A DNA stretch of 64,000 nucleotides from Candidatus Micrarchaeota archaeon (GCA_043821365.1 JBDRCX010000006.1:288001-352000); one strand, 5' to 3'. Positions 1-9,012 are shown, counted from the first letter of the stretch. Translations and numbers: made by a program. Notes: generated by a model not told the origin, from the sequence alone.

Positions 1-113
1 TTTCTTTTTACAAGCCCAACCATTAATAGTAACTATTGTTGTTTTTTGTTCTCTGGCTGGTCGATGGTCTATGTTAGTTACTAACATGTTATAATTTGAG
101 TTAGATTGAGTAT

Positions 114-1421
114 TTAAATATTCTCATTTATTGTTTTTTCTAGCTCTAGTCTACGAAGTTCTAATCTTTCTTTTGATTTGTATTCCATGGTCAGTCTAAT
201 TATTGGTTCTGTGCCTGATGCTCTTATTAGAAACCACCCATCTTCTTCGTCTACTCTCACTCCATCATCCTGTCTTATCTTTCCTTCCATTCGCAATTCA
301 GTCACTATTTTTCTTAATCTTTCCATTGCTTTGTGTTTGTTGTTAGTTTTGTATTTTCCTCTGAAAATTGGATTTTGTTTATACTTTTTCTTCAATATTG
401 AAAATTTGTCATTAGTTGCAAATATCTCTGCAAATTTAGCCACTGCAAGTACTGCATCTGGAACATGCACTCCTTTTTTGTAAATATATTCGCCACAAGG
501 TTCTCCACCAAACAATGCGCCTTCTCCTTCAAGAACATCTCCAACATATGTACTTCCAACTGGGGTTATGTATATTCTCCCTCCTGCGTTCTCTACAACT
601 TCTCTTATTACAAGTGATGATTCAACAGTCGTAACTATTTTTTTATTATTGTTTTTTGTAATCTCATGCTCTATCATCATTGCAAGTTGCACATCAAATG
701 GAAGAATCTCCCCTTTTTCATCTATTATAACGCATCTATCCCCATCTCCATCATGCGCTATAGCAAAATCAGCTTCAATTTCCCTTACAAACTTTGGTAA
801 ATATGAAATGTTTTCCTCAGATGGCTCTGATTGGCGATTAAAGCCATCAGTTGATGAATTAACACTAATAACTTCACATCCAAGATCTGTTAAAAGATAA
901 GGAGTTATTGATGCTGCAGCACCGTTACAGTCAACAACAATTTTTGGTTTTTTTCGTGAAATTTCTATACTATCAACCATTTCAATTACTTGATTTTTGT
1001 GTTCTTCGATTATACCTCTATCGTGTATTATTCGTCCACTTGCCCCTCCCTCTTTTTTCCAATTTCGATAGTCTTTTGCTATCTCTTTTTCTAATAATTT
1101 TCCAATTTCCTTACTATGCTCAATTAGTTTCAATCCATTGTATTCTGGTGGATTGTGGGATGCAGTTAGCATTATGCCTCTACAATTATGTTTTTTTGTT
1201 GCAAAAGCAACTGTTGGTGTTGGAGCAATTCCAATATCAATTACATCTGATTGTGATGAGAAAGCACCAACTACTGCTGCTTTAAATAATGATAAACCAC
1301 TTTCTCTTATATCTCTTCCAATGACTAGTTTTCCGTCAGAAAATACTGCAGCTATGCCTGTTGCTAATTCTTCAGTTATTTCTTTACCGTAGACTCCTCT
1401 TATCCCTGATGTACCAAACAT
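114..1421 (-). CDS. glmM: Phosphoglucosamine mutase / phosphomannomutase (alpha-D-phosphohexomutase)
   Basis: MFGTSGIRG N-terminus, catalytic TASHNP, metal loop DGDGDR, GGEPCG and RASGTEP motifs. Substrate specificity not resolvable. Confidence 0.9.
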   Translation of the reverse strand: MFGTSGIRGVYGKEITEELATGIAAVFSDGKLVIGRDIRESGLSLFKAAVVGAFSSQSDVIDIGIAPTPTVAFATKKHNCRGIMLTASHNPPEYNGLKLIEHSKEIGKLLEKEIAKDYRNWKKEGGASGRIIHDRGIIEEHKNQVIEMVDSIEISRKKPKIVVDCNGAAASITPYLLTDLGCEVISVNSSTDGFNRQSEPSEENISYLPKFVREIEADFAIAHDGDGDRCVIIDEKGEILPFDVQLAMMIEHEITKNNNKKIVTTVESSLVIREVVENAGGRIYITPVGSTYVGDVLEGEGALFGGEPCGEYIYKKGVHVPDAVLAVAKFAEIFATNDKFSILKKKYKQNPIFRGKYKTNNKHKAMERLRKIVTELRMEGKIRQDDGVRVDEEDGWFLIRASGTEPIIRLTMEYKSKERLELRRLELEKTINENI

Positions 1422-1461
1422 TCCACATGATAGTTTCTTAGAAACGTATTTATTTGTATAG

Positions 1462-2856
1462 ATGGCAAGAATATCAGGTGGTTTCTTGTCAGCTATAGAT
1501 GACGTAATGAAATATATCGCTACAAACGAAATTAGGTGGATAGATCTTCAATTTTTTGACATTAAAGGTTCACTACATAGAGTCAGTGTTTCGAATAGAA
1601 AATTAGAGGAAGCAAGTTTTGGAAGTGGAATTCACGCAGCTGATCTAGGTGAAGTTTTTGGTCCAACTGACCAAGGTGAACTGATCCTCCTCCCAGATCC
1701 TGATACAATTGCAAGACTCCCGTGGGAACCAGCAACTGTCAGACTTATTTGTGATGTTCTTGTTGCAGTTAAAAAAGAAAGATTTCTCAAGGATTCAAGA
1801 TATGTGGCAGAAAGAATGGAAACAAATCTAAGCGCTGCAGGAATCAAGAATTGTTATGTTGGTAGTGAAGTTGATTGTTATTTATTTGATACAACCACTG
1901 TTGATAAGACAAATGGTGCTCGCGGTTCATCTCTTCTTATGGACTCAAGAGAAGCAAAATGGGGGCCATCAGTTATCTCTAATGAAGATACTGGTGCATA
2001 TGTTCCCACGCCACATGATTCAATGTATTCTGCAAGAACACAAATTTCCGAAACATTAGAGGATAGTTTTGGTGTTCTTGTTGATTCACATAGGCATGGC
2101 AAGTCTCCAACAGCACAACAGACATTTGAATTAGGGGCCAGAACTTTGAAATCAGCTGGCGATGCTGTCAATACTCTTAAATTTATCACGAAAAACCTTG
2201 CAACTGCTGTTAACGCATCAACTACCTTCATGCCATATCCTGTTGAAGGTGAAAAAGGAAACTCGTTCTCTGTTTCTGTGAGTTTATGGAAAACAAGCGA
2301 ACAAAACATTCTCTATGATGGAAAAGAATCCTATGGTCAATTGAGCCAGTCTGGAAGATATTTCATAGGTGGGTTACTTGAGCATGCTCAAGCATTATCA
2401 CTGTTTACAGCACCAATTCCAAATTCATATAGAAAACTGGCTGCTGATGATCTAGCTTTTGGCTGGAGTGTGTCTGATCCAAATGCACTTGTGCACGTAC
2501 CATCTTACAAGAAAAACATAAAGGAAAGCAAGAGAGTTGTTTACAAGGCATGTGATCCTTCTGCAAATCCATATCTAGCACAATCTCTTTTAGTTGCAGC
2601 TGGTTTAGATGGTATCAAAAAGAAGATCGATCCTGGTGATCCAACAGAATCTGACAAGAAAAAGAAGCGTGTTCCAAAATCGCTGCCAATCAGCCTTTAT
2701 GAAGCAACAAAAGCTCTTGAAAGCGATACTGCATTCCTTAAAGGAATTGTTTCCACTGAACTTTTGGGTGATTATCTTGATCTCAAACTCAGGCAACATA
2801 AAGAATCTCTAAAAGGAGTTACTGGTTTGGAACTAAGAAATTACTTCAATGTATGA
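1462..2856 (+). CDS. Glutamine synthetase type I homologue, probably catalytically dead
   Basis: GS-fold motifs (IDLQFFDI, LLPDPDT, TFMPYP, NSYRKL, DPSANPYLA), but most metal, Glu and ATP ligands are substituted. Confidence 0.85.
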   Translation: MARISGGFLSAIDDVMKYIATNEIRWIDLQFFDIKGSLHRVSVSNRKLEEASFGSGIHAADLGEVFGPTDQGELILLPDPDTIARLPWEPATVRLICDVLVAVKKERFLKDSRYVAERMETNLSAAGIKNCYVGSEVDCYLFDTTTVDKTNGARGSSLLMDSREAKWGPSVISNEDTGAYVPTPHDSMYSARTQISETLEDSFGVLVDSHRHGKSPTAQQTFELGARTLKSAGDAVNTLKFITKNLATAVNASTTFMPYPVEGEKGNSFSVSVSLWKTSEQNILYDGKESYGQLSQSGRYFIGGLLEHAQALSLFTAPIPNSYRKLAADDLAFGWSVSDPNALVHVPSYKKNIKESKRVVYKACDPSANPYLAQSLLVAAGLDGIKKKIDPGDPTESDKKKKRVPKSLPISLYEATKALESDTAFLKGIVSTELLGDYLDLKLRQHKESLKGVTGLELRNYFNV

Positions 2857-2877
2857 AAGAAACCTACGGTTTCTTTC
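2855..2877. terminator. 10-bp stem hairpin at the end of the GS-like gene
   Basis: gaaagaaacc-tac-ggtttctttc followed by a T-rich tract. Confidence 0.5.
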
Positions 2878-2942
2878 TAACTTTCTTTTTTTGCCATTTA
2901 AGAAGTGAATAAAAATATAACTAGTAGTAATAGTTTTCCAAC

Positions 2943-3047
2943 GGGCCCATAGTCGAATGGTTAAGACGACGCTCTTACGTCGGTATGCTATTACGGCATA
3001 CGGAGAGAAAACAGCGTAGATTCGCAGTTCGATCCTGCGTGGGCCCA
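2943..3047 (+). tRNA. tRNA-Val(TAC) with 32-nt intron
   Basis: Acceptor GGGCCCA/TGGGCCC, anticodon stem ACGCT/AGCGT, TAC at 2976-2978, T-arm CGCAG-TTCGATC-CTGCG; intron about 2979-3010 with GTATGC/GCATAC hairpin; no encoded CCA. Confidence 0.9.
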
Positions 3048-3128
3048 TTTCTATTTCTTTATTGTGTTCATTTATGTCAAAGAAAGGTTTTTATACTAAT
3101 TGTAATAAATATCCACAAGAGGTTACTC

Positions 3129-4280
3129 ATGGATATCGTTTCAAAACCATCTGATATCACGCGGTTAGATCAAACTGCACAATCTTTAGTTGAATGGTCT
3201 TTAGTTCCACTTGGGAGTATTCTACGGACACATGCCTATTCATATCCTAATTGGGGCATTCAAATCACACCAAAAAATATCGAATGGATAATTACAATGT
3301 CTAAATCAGCTTACTATGATGAATGGACAGAGACAGACGCATCAATGAATGATCTTATCGCTAGGGCATGCCGGGCTGCAAATATGCTTGACGCCAATAC
3401 TCTTCTGAATACTAGAATTGGTTTATATGGTGCAGAAGTATTGCAAGCACTTGCACTAGAAAATCCATCTAAGTTATTCGAGGTAGTTGATATTGGAGCA
3501 GGCCCAGGAGGGTCAAGTGCTGCTCTTTTAGATCAACTTAGGAAAAGAGGAGTTTCAAATGTACATCTTACAATTTTAGATCCGTCTAATAAACGTCTTG
3601 ATAGTGCGATGGAACGTTTGGGACAGTACGTGGATGTGTGTCGTGTTGATAGATGTATAGGCACAGTTGCTGATATCGATAGGTTCCATCGGCATTCTGC
3701 TGATCTTATCATTACAAATGCAGCAATACATCACGAGTCATTTAATACTCACCTCCCAGCAATTCTTAGAGTTTTAAAACAAGGGGCAAAACTTGTCAGT
3801 GGGGATTGGCATGAAGGAACCTATGAGAGTCCTGCGAGGTCTTATTGGGTTTATTATGTTCTTCAGCATCCATTTGAAGATCACTCTGATATCTATGCAT
3901 TTATAAAAGAAGGAAAAAATCTAAGGAAATTTCATGAAAGAAACGAGTTGAAAGATTTTCGTTTGTTATTTCAACTTAGTAAAGATGATGTTCTCAGTGC
4001 GTTTACTAACCTAACTCCTAATGAAAGAGCTGCATGCGCAGGTGGTATAAGATATTGGCATGAGATGGGAAAACATCTTGCACTAGAAGGAAGAAAGAGA
4101 ATGTCACCAGAGGTTCTTATCCAATGCCATGAACGAGTTGCAAAACGTTTAGAAGCATTAAGAAATGCTGGTTTTACTTTTGATAGAGAGGATTTGTCTA
4201 AATATAGAGAACTTCTAAAAAGAAGGGGATATGGAGAATTAACTGCCGTTATGGTTGCTAGGAGGAGTTTGACTAGGTGA
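3129..4280 (+). CDS. Class I SAM-dependent methyltransferase (orphan-type)
   Basis: VVDIGAGPGG motif I, ILDPS, DLIITNAAIHH. Start moved to ATG 3129 because the longer ORF runs through the tRNA. Confidence 0.75.
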   Translation: MDIVSKPSDITRLDQTAQSLVEWSLVPLGSILRTHAYSYPNWGIQITPKNIEWIITMSKSAYYDEWTETDASMNDLIARACRAANMLDANTLLNTRIGLYGAEVLQALALENPSKLFEVVDIGAGPGGSSAALLDQLRKRGVSNVHLTILDPSNKRLDSAMERLGQYVDVCRVDRCIGTVADIDRFHRHSADLIITNAAIHHESFNTHLPAILRVLKQGAKLVSGDWHEGTYESPARSYWVYYVLQHPFEDHSDIYAFIKEGKNLRKFHERNELKDFRLLFQLSKDDVLSAFTNLTPNERAACAGGIRYWHEMGKHLALEGRKRMSPEVLIQCHERVAKRLEALRNAGFTFDREDLSKYRELLKRRGYGELTAVMVARRSLTR

Positions 4281-4874
4281 TCTTTTCTGGTTTTTTCTAC
4301 CTCTAGTTACAAAACCAACTATTTGCAAAACAACTGTTGCAGCTCCTAAAACTATCAAAGAAACTTCAGCTAAATTAATGGAATTTCCTTTGAAAAGTCC
4401 ATTGGCTTTCATTACGAAGTGTATTGTCACTAGAATAAAAGCCAGATAATTGAATTGCTGAATTCTTTTCCACCAAACCGCACCAAGCTTTTTTATGGCA
4501 AAATCACATGATGTTATTGTTAATAAAAATAACAAAATCAGTGCTACCGTTCCAATAGCCATTGGAGGCACTGAGAATATACCATTAATATCCCAGCTAA
4601 AATAATGTGCCATTGAGAGGAAAACATGCAATAATACAAATACAAAACTTGCTATTCCAATTGCTCTTCTTGGTTCGACAATTTGTGCAAATTCCTTTGG
4701 CCAGAGTGTAACGAGAGGACCAATTAACAAAGTTATACACAAGAGTAAATAGGCTGCCAATGCAGAGAATCTTACGAATGCAACTGTTGTGGATTCTGAG
4801 TTCATTGTCTCATAAAAACCCAACAAAACCATTCCAATTATTATTAATAAAAATAAAAAACTAGATTTTTGCAT
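4239..4874 (-). CDS. Ferric reductase-like transmembrane protein (MsrQ/YedZ-like)
   Basis: About 6 TM helices, RRAIG...LLH, LTITS, WKRIQQFNY...IH heme-ligand pattern. Confidence 0.8.
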   Translation of the reverse strand: MQKSSFLFLLIIIGMVLLGFYETMNSESTTVAFVRFSALAAYLLLCITLLIGPLVTLWPKEFAQIVEPRRAIGIASFVFVLLHVFLSMAHYFSWDINGIFSVPPMAIGTVALILLFLLTITSCDFAIKKLGAVWWKRIQQFNYLAFILVTIHFVMKANGLFKGNSINLAEVSLIVLGAATVVLQIVGFVTRGRKNQKRSPSQTPPSNHNGS

Positions 4875-4877
4875 TTT

Positions 4878-5234
4878 TTATCCCACTATTCCAATTGTCA
4901 TATTAAGTAATTTTTGTCTTGCATCGTAGTCATGTTTTGAATCAAATATGTCACTGACATCGTTACCACAATTTGGTGCAAACATTCCACCTGCATGATT
5001 TTCTGCAAATACCTCTGGTATGCTAGCAACCATGTTATCAACAACCACCCAACAATCATCTGTTGTATTGTGTTTTGCAACATCATTCATTGTTAGTTTA
5101 CTCAGGTTAGCTGAGTTATTCTGCACTACCACCGTAGTGTTATCAAATGCCTGATTATTATTCTGTTCGACTGTGGCACATCCAAGCAGCAGTAGTGCTG
5201 CAGCTATTAAAATCAAATATTTCATATAAGCCAC
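4878..5234 (-). CDS. Cytochrome b5-like heme-binding lipoprotein
   Basis: Lipobox-like LLLGC; VAKHNTTDDCWVVV, HAGG, CGNDVSDIFDSKH b5 motifs. Confidence 0.8.
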   Translation of the reverse strand: MAYMKYLILIAAALLLLGCATVEQNNNQAFDNTTVVVQNNSANLSKLTMNDVAKHNTTDDCWVVVDNMVASIPEVFAENHAGGMFAPNCGNDVSDIFDSKHDYDARQKLLNMTIGIVG

Positions 5235-5273
5235 CCGCTTCTTTTTCCTGGCTAATATTTATAATTCTCCCTA

Positions 5274-5831
5274 CTATCTCATGAATCTTGGTTGAAATGG
5301 TGGTTTTGTAAATAAGTAATATTTTTCTTTCCCTTCTAGTTCACTCATTATTCTTTGTACAAATACCCCTGTTGGGTCTGCTAAACTCGGAACTCTTTTG
5401 TGAAGATCAGCTATGGATTCAAATGGTTTTATTTCTCTTTCTTTGAGTATTGCCTCCATATTCTTTTTTCCTATACCAGGCAGCAAATCAAGAGTGTGAA
5501 CTCTTATTGATATTGGCTTTGCATTATTTATGAATTTTATGAAATCCATTTCTCTTTCAACTACTGCTTTTTTTACCATACTTGGAAGAAATTCTCTGGC
5601 TCCATTGGTAAGGTCGTTATAGCTTAATCTCCCTTTTATGTGTGATATTTCTTTTCTTCCTTCTCTTCCAACACAAACTTTTTGGCCAAGGACTATGGTT
5701 GCTTGTGCTGTAACTGTAGCTTCAAGTAATGTAAAAAATTGTGTACCTAGGAGTTGAACTATGGGTTCTATCTTTATTGCGTCTGCTCTTCCTGCTGATA
5801 AATACTCCACCACCCATGCATAATCTTCCAT
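5274..5831 (-). CDS. DUF655 family putative RNA-binding protein
   Basis: EDYAWVVEYL, FTLLE, LDLLPGIGKK HhH motif; conserved position downstream of rpl21e-rpoF. Confidence 0.85.
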   Translation of the reverse strand: MEDYAWVVEYLSAGRADAIKIEPIVQLLGTQFFTLLEATVTAQATIVLGQKVCVGREGRKEISHIKGRLSYNDLTNGAREFLPSMVKKAVVEREMDFIKFINNAKPISIRVHTLDLLPGIGKKNMEAILKEREIKPFESIADLHKRVPSLADPTGVFVQRIMSELEGKEKYYLFTKPPFQPRFMR

Positions 5832-5844
5832 AAGCTTCCCCTCC

Positions 5845-6171
5845 TTACGCCAATTCTTTAAGGATTTTCTCTATCTCTTCATCTGTCATCTCTATCCTAT
5901 ACTTTACTAGGATTGCCTTTAAAGTTGCTGGGTTTTTTGGATGTATATCAACTATCTTAACAGCCAAGTCTTCGTTTATTTTTTCATTCTTCTTTAAATT
6001 TTCAACTAGTTTCTTTGCTTTATCCTCATCTATAGTTGAAAATCTTTGAGAGTTTTCTAAAGCCTGGTTCTGTTCATATCCAAGCTCACCCTCCTCATTT
6101 CTTTTTGTTAATATCTCTTTTGCTTCACCAACTAAGGTTGGTTTAGAAGATTTGATTTCCATTAATATCAC
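5845..6171 (-). CDS. rpoF: RNA polymerase subunit F (Rpo4)
   Basis: GELGYEQNQALE, AVKIVDIHPKN; synteny with rpl21e. Confidence 0.85.
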   Translation of the reverse strand: MILMEIKSSKPTLVGEAKEILTKRNEEGELGYEQNQALENSQRFSTIDEDKAKKLVENLKKNEKINEDLAVKIVDIHPKNPATLKAILVKYRIEMTDEEIEKILKELA

Positions 6172-6446
6172 CCCGATAATTTTAAGTGTACCGCACCCAC
6201 AACTATGTCTTTGGTCGTTTTGAAGTCCCTAACCTTGACAACATATCCTCTGCCTCTTTTTTCAATAACAACGCCGTGTTTTCCGGTATATCTCAAATGA
6301 GGCAGTCCAGTATATTTTGCCATAGGGCTAATAATTACCTTATCTCCGACGTTGAACTTTTGTACAAGCTTTGCTACGCTGGTTCTGCTCTTTCCCCTGA
6401 GCTGTCGTGTCCTTTTACTAAATGCGCCTTTTGAAGGTTTAACCAT
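6168..6446 (-). CDS. rpl21e: 50S ribosomal protein L21e
   Basis: MVKPSKG...RTRQL, FNVGDKV, PHLRYTGKHG, VHLK. Confidence 0.95.
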   Translation of the reverse strand: MVKPSKGAFSKRTRQLRGKSRTSVAKLVQKFNVGDKVIISPMAKYTGLPHLRYTGKHGVVIEKRGRGYVVKVRDFKTTKDIVVGAVHLKLSG

Positions 6447-6510
6447 TGTGATCACAGAAATTAGTTTGTACGATGTTGATGAGAGAAAGTCTTTTTAAAC
6501 AATTGCCTCC

Positions 6511-6543
6511 TTTATAAATGTTAAGTTTAGTCTTATAGGTGGT
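6511..6543 (+). promoter_or_regulatory. Putative TATA box and Shine-Dalgarno for tbp
   Basis: TTTATAAA at 6511-6518 and AGGTGGT at 6537-6543 before the TTG start at 6547. Confidence 0.5.
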
Positions 6544-6546
6544 ATT

Positions 6547-7107
6547 TTGGCAAAACAACCTGATTTTGTAATTACGAATATGGTAGCGTCTGCATCGCTT
6601 GGTCTAGAACTTGATCTTTATGCTTTAGCAAACAAGATTCCAGAGATAGAATATGAACCAGAACAATTTCCTGGCGCTATTCTAAAATTCAAGGATCCAA
6701 AAGCATCCTTACTTCTTTTCAAGAACGGAAAAGTTGTTTGTGTTGGGTGTAAGAAAAGAGAATTGATTGAAAAAACAATACAAAAAACAATCAAAATGTT
6801 AACTCCCTATGCAAAAAGAATTACTAAAACAAAAAAACCACACATCGAAATTACAAATATTGTTGCATCTGCAGCACTTAATCTTGATCTTGATCTTTAC
6901 AAAATTGCTTATAAAATAAAAGATGTTGAATATGAACCAGAACAATTTCCTGGCGCTATTCTAAAATTCAAGGATCCAAAAGCATCCTTACTTCTTTTCA
7001 AGAACGGAAAAGTAATCTGTGCAGGGGCTAAGAATGAGAAGGAAATTCGTATTGTGCTAGCAAAGGCAAAAACTCTTCTTAAGCCATATGCTGAAAAACC
7101 ACGTTAA
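6547..7107 (+). CDS. tbp: TATA-box binding protein
   Basis: Two TBP repeats: ITNMVAS/ITNIVAS, EYEPEQFPGAI, LLFKNGKV. Confidence 0.97.
   Translation: MAKQPDFVITNMVASASLGLELDLYALANKIPEIEYEPEQFPGAILKFKDPKASLLLFKNGKVVCVGCKKRELIEKTIQKTIKMLTPYAKRITKTKKPHIEITNIVASAALNLDLDLYKIAYKIKDVEYEPEQFPGAILKFKDPKASLLLFKNGKVICAGAKNEKEIRIVLAKAKTLLKPYAEKPR
6649..7013 (+). repeat. 86-bp perfect direct repeat inside tbp (6649-6734 = 6928-7013)
   Basis: Base-by-base identity from gaatatgaaccagaac to aagaacggaaaagt. Confidence 0.95.
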
Positions 7108-7118
7108 AAGGGGTATAT

Positions 7119-7703
7119 GTGAGACTACTGGCAATAGTATTCCTCTTCATATACTTTTTATCAGTTGTAAATGGTGCCCTTGGTCTTACTACTGTTTATG
7201 ATTGCGAAACAAAAAGAGATGGTGCTGGGCATCTAGTCTATTATACGGATTCTCTAAAAATCAAATGTTATCACTCAGCTGCCATGACATCTGCTTACAT
7301 TGGGGATGTTGGCCAGGCAAAAGTCATATGTGAGTCTATCTGGATGGATTTTGGTAGTGCGATTGCACCAGACGGAAGCGATCTAAAAAAATCAGCAGAA
7401 CTTGAATCCAATGCATGTTATTATGACGTTGCTAAAATAGTAAGAGATCCTGTAATATGCCAGCGTATAACCAAAAAGTACGATTACAATACTGAGTTGT
7501 TTGGGGATGTAGTCAATCAGGATAACTGCATTCAGGAAGTTTGTAATCTTGCTCAGATAGTTCCACAGAATTATTATGGTGCTGCGGTTCCAACTACTAC
7601 GAGTGGTCTTTGTCCTGCGATTGCTAATACATCTGACAATCTGTGCAGTGTGCTATTTGTGTTGCCTCTATTTTTTCTTGCTATCTGGAGATTTAGTAAT
7701 TAA
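7119..7703 (+). CDS. Secreted, C-terminally anchored Cys-rich protein
   Basis: N-terminal signal peptide, CYYDVA...DPVICQRI Cys pattern, C-terminal TM helix; GTG start. Confidence 0.65.
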   Translation: MRLLAIVFLFIYFLSVVNGALGLTTVYDCETKRDGAGHLVYYTDSLKIKCYHSAAMTSAYIGDVGQAKVICESIWMDFGSAIAPDGSDLKKSAELESNACYYDVAKIVRDPVICQRITKKYDYNTELFGDVVNQDNCIQEVCNLAQIVPQNYYGAAVPTTTSGLCPAIANTSDNLCSVLFVLPLFFLAIWRFSN

Positions 7704-7709
7704 TAAAAT

Positions 7710-7997
7710 TTATTCTAGATCCATCAGTTCCAAGGCTTTCTTAACACTCATTCCTTCTCTTATGCCCAGATCCTCAGCCCATGATGTTGCTACTCTTATC
7801 TTTGCTCTTTTCATATCATCAAGGCATTTTACTCCAGTTACAAATGCTGCAATATCCCCAACTTTCTCTGCTGTTTCTTTATCTATGTAACTGCATGCTA
7901 TGTATCCTTTTTTTGCTTTCACAACAATTAGTGGTAGATTTCCTATGTCCTGTCTTAATGCAATATATTTCTTTCCCTCAAAGGAAATTTCATCCAT
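7710..7997 (-). CDS. DUF1805 (YunC) family protein
   Basis: LIVVKAKKGYIACSYID, AAFVTGVK, LGIREGMSVKKAL; start set at MDEISF. Confidence 0.85.
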   Translation of the reverse strand: MDEISFEGKKYIALRQDIGNLPLIVVKAKKGYIACSYIDKETAEKVGDIAAFVTGVKCLDDMKRAKIRVATSWAEDLGIREGMSVKKALELMDLE

Positions 7998-8238
7998 ACA
8001 TGTCCCTCTCTCTGCGGCGTTGCGCTTGTTGTTTTTTCTTTTCAAATATTTTTCTATGTTTTGCGCAACTAATGCAATAATACACATCTCTAAATCCAGT
8101 GTAAGTTACATTACCTTCTTTGAGATCGGTAGTAAAATGTGTTCTTGTATTGTATTCAACTGCTTTATCACGTGGAACTGATCTACCACATGATGAACAT
8201 GATTCCAGTCGTTCTCTGCCGCGTCTTTTATTTCCCAT
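7990..8238 (-). CDS. rps26e: 30S ribosomal protein S26e
   Basis: CSSCGRSVPRDKAV and YCISCAKHRKI Zn-finger signature. Confidence 0.9.
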   Translation of the reverse strand: MGNKRRGRERLESCSSCGRSVPRDKAVEYNTRTHFTTDLKEGNVTYTGFRDVYYCISCAKHRKIFEKKKQQAQRRRERDMYG

Positions 8239-8247
8239 ATGGTCGCC

Positions 8248-9012
8248 TCATATTTTAAATTTCCCAAGACAGATGCCACTCAGGCGAAATAACAATGCAT
8301 CGTTGAGTTTAAATAGTTTGTTATTAATCAGAGGTCCAAATTTTGTTTTTCCGTCGTTATTTATTGGTGTTCCAATGACCGGATTGAAAGCAGGCATTAA
8401 AATAAATTTTATTTTTTTATTGAATTTTTTATAATATTTTTTTATATTTTCTTCATCTACATCTGCAACAACCCAGACTGGTTCAATGTGTTTTTTACCA
8501 AATGCATCTTGGTTCGATATCATTGGGTGTTGGTGCCCTGCAATCAAATATTTACAACACATAAGTTCTTTTGCTGGCCAAGAGTGTCCGTGGATTAGCC
8601 CAAGTCCTTCATATACAAATCCACCTGCTGGTTTTACTTCTACATTACCACAGTTTTCAATTCCGCCATGGAGCGAACGGCTATCCGTTCGCGACAGTCG
8701 GAATTGTTTCTCAATTCCGCCATCATGATTTCCCTTCACTATTATGATTTTGCAAAGCATGGATAATTTTGCCAATATATTTTCTGTTGTTCTATCTAAC
8801 ATTGTTATATCCTCTTTCACATCTCCCAGCAGAATTAGTGTTTTTACTTTATGTCCAATTATCAAATTTTTTAATTTTTGAAAAAGCCTGTTACTGAAAT
8901 CACTATCATATATGCCTTTTCGTAATAGTTTATTTTCCATTCCAAAATGGGTATCACCAACAACTAGTGCGCCTTTGTGAAGAATGGCAGGGGCATCATA
9001 AATAATTTTCAT
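8248..9012 (-). CDS. Calcineurin-like metallophosphoesterase with an 18-aa in-frame insertion
   Basis: GDTHFG, LGDVKE, GNHD, HGH, GHQHP, MPAFN motifs. Confidence 0.88.
   Translation of the reverse strand: MKIIYDAPAILHKGALVVGDTHFGMENKLLRKGIYDSDFSNRLFQKLKNLIIGHKVKTLILLGDVKEDITMLDRTTENILAKLSMLCKIIIVKGNHDGGIEKQFRLSRTDSRSLHGGIENCGNVEVKPAGGFVYEGLGLIHGHSWPAKELMCCKYLIAGHQHPMISNQDAFGKKHIEPVWVVADVDEENIKKYYKKFNKKIKFILMPAFNPVIGTPINNDGKTKFGPLINNKLFKLNDALLFRLSGICLGKFKI
8657..8723 (-). mobile_element. Intragenic palindromic element, copy 1 (54-bp in-frame insertion, 13-bp direct repeats)
   Basis: tcaattccgccat at 8657-8669 and 8711-8723 flanks the hairpin gcgaacgg-ctat-ccgttcgc; the protein shows a duplicated GGIE. 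Confidence 0.8.

Noticed and set aside
2833-3128. ORF 2833-3048 (-) and the 5' extension 2985-3128 of the methyltransferase ORF
   Set aside because: Both overlap tRNA-Val; shadow frames.
7117-7122. ATGTGA start-stop overlapping the GTG start of the Cys-rich protein
   Set aside because: A single hexamer; cannot be distinguished from chance or a 2-nt error.
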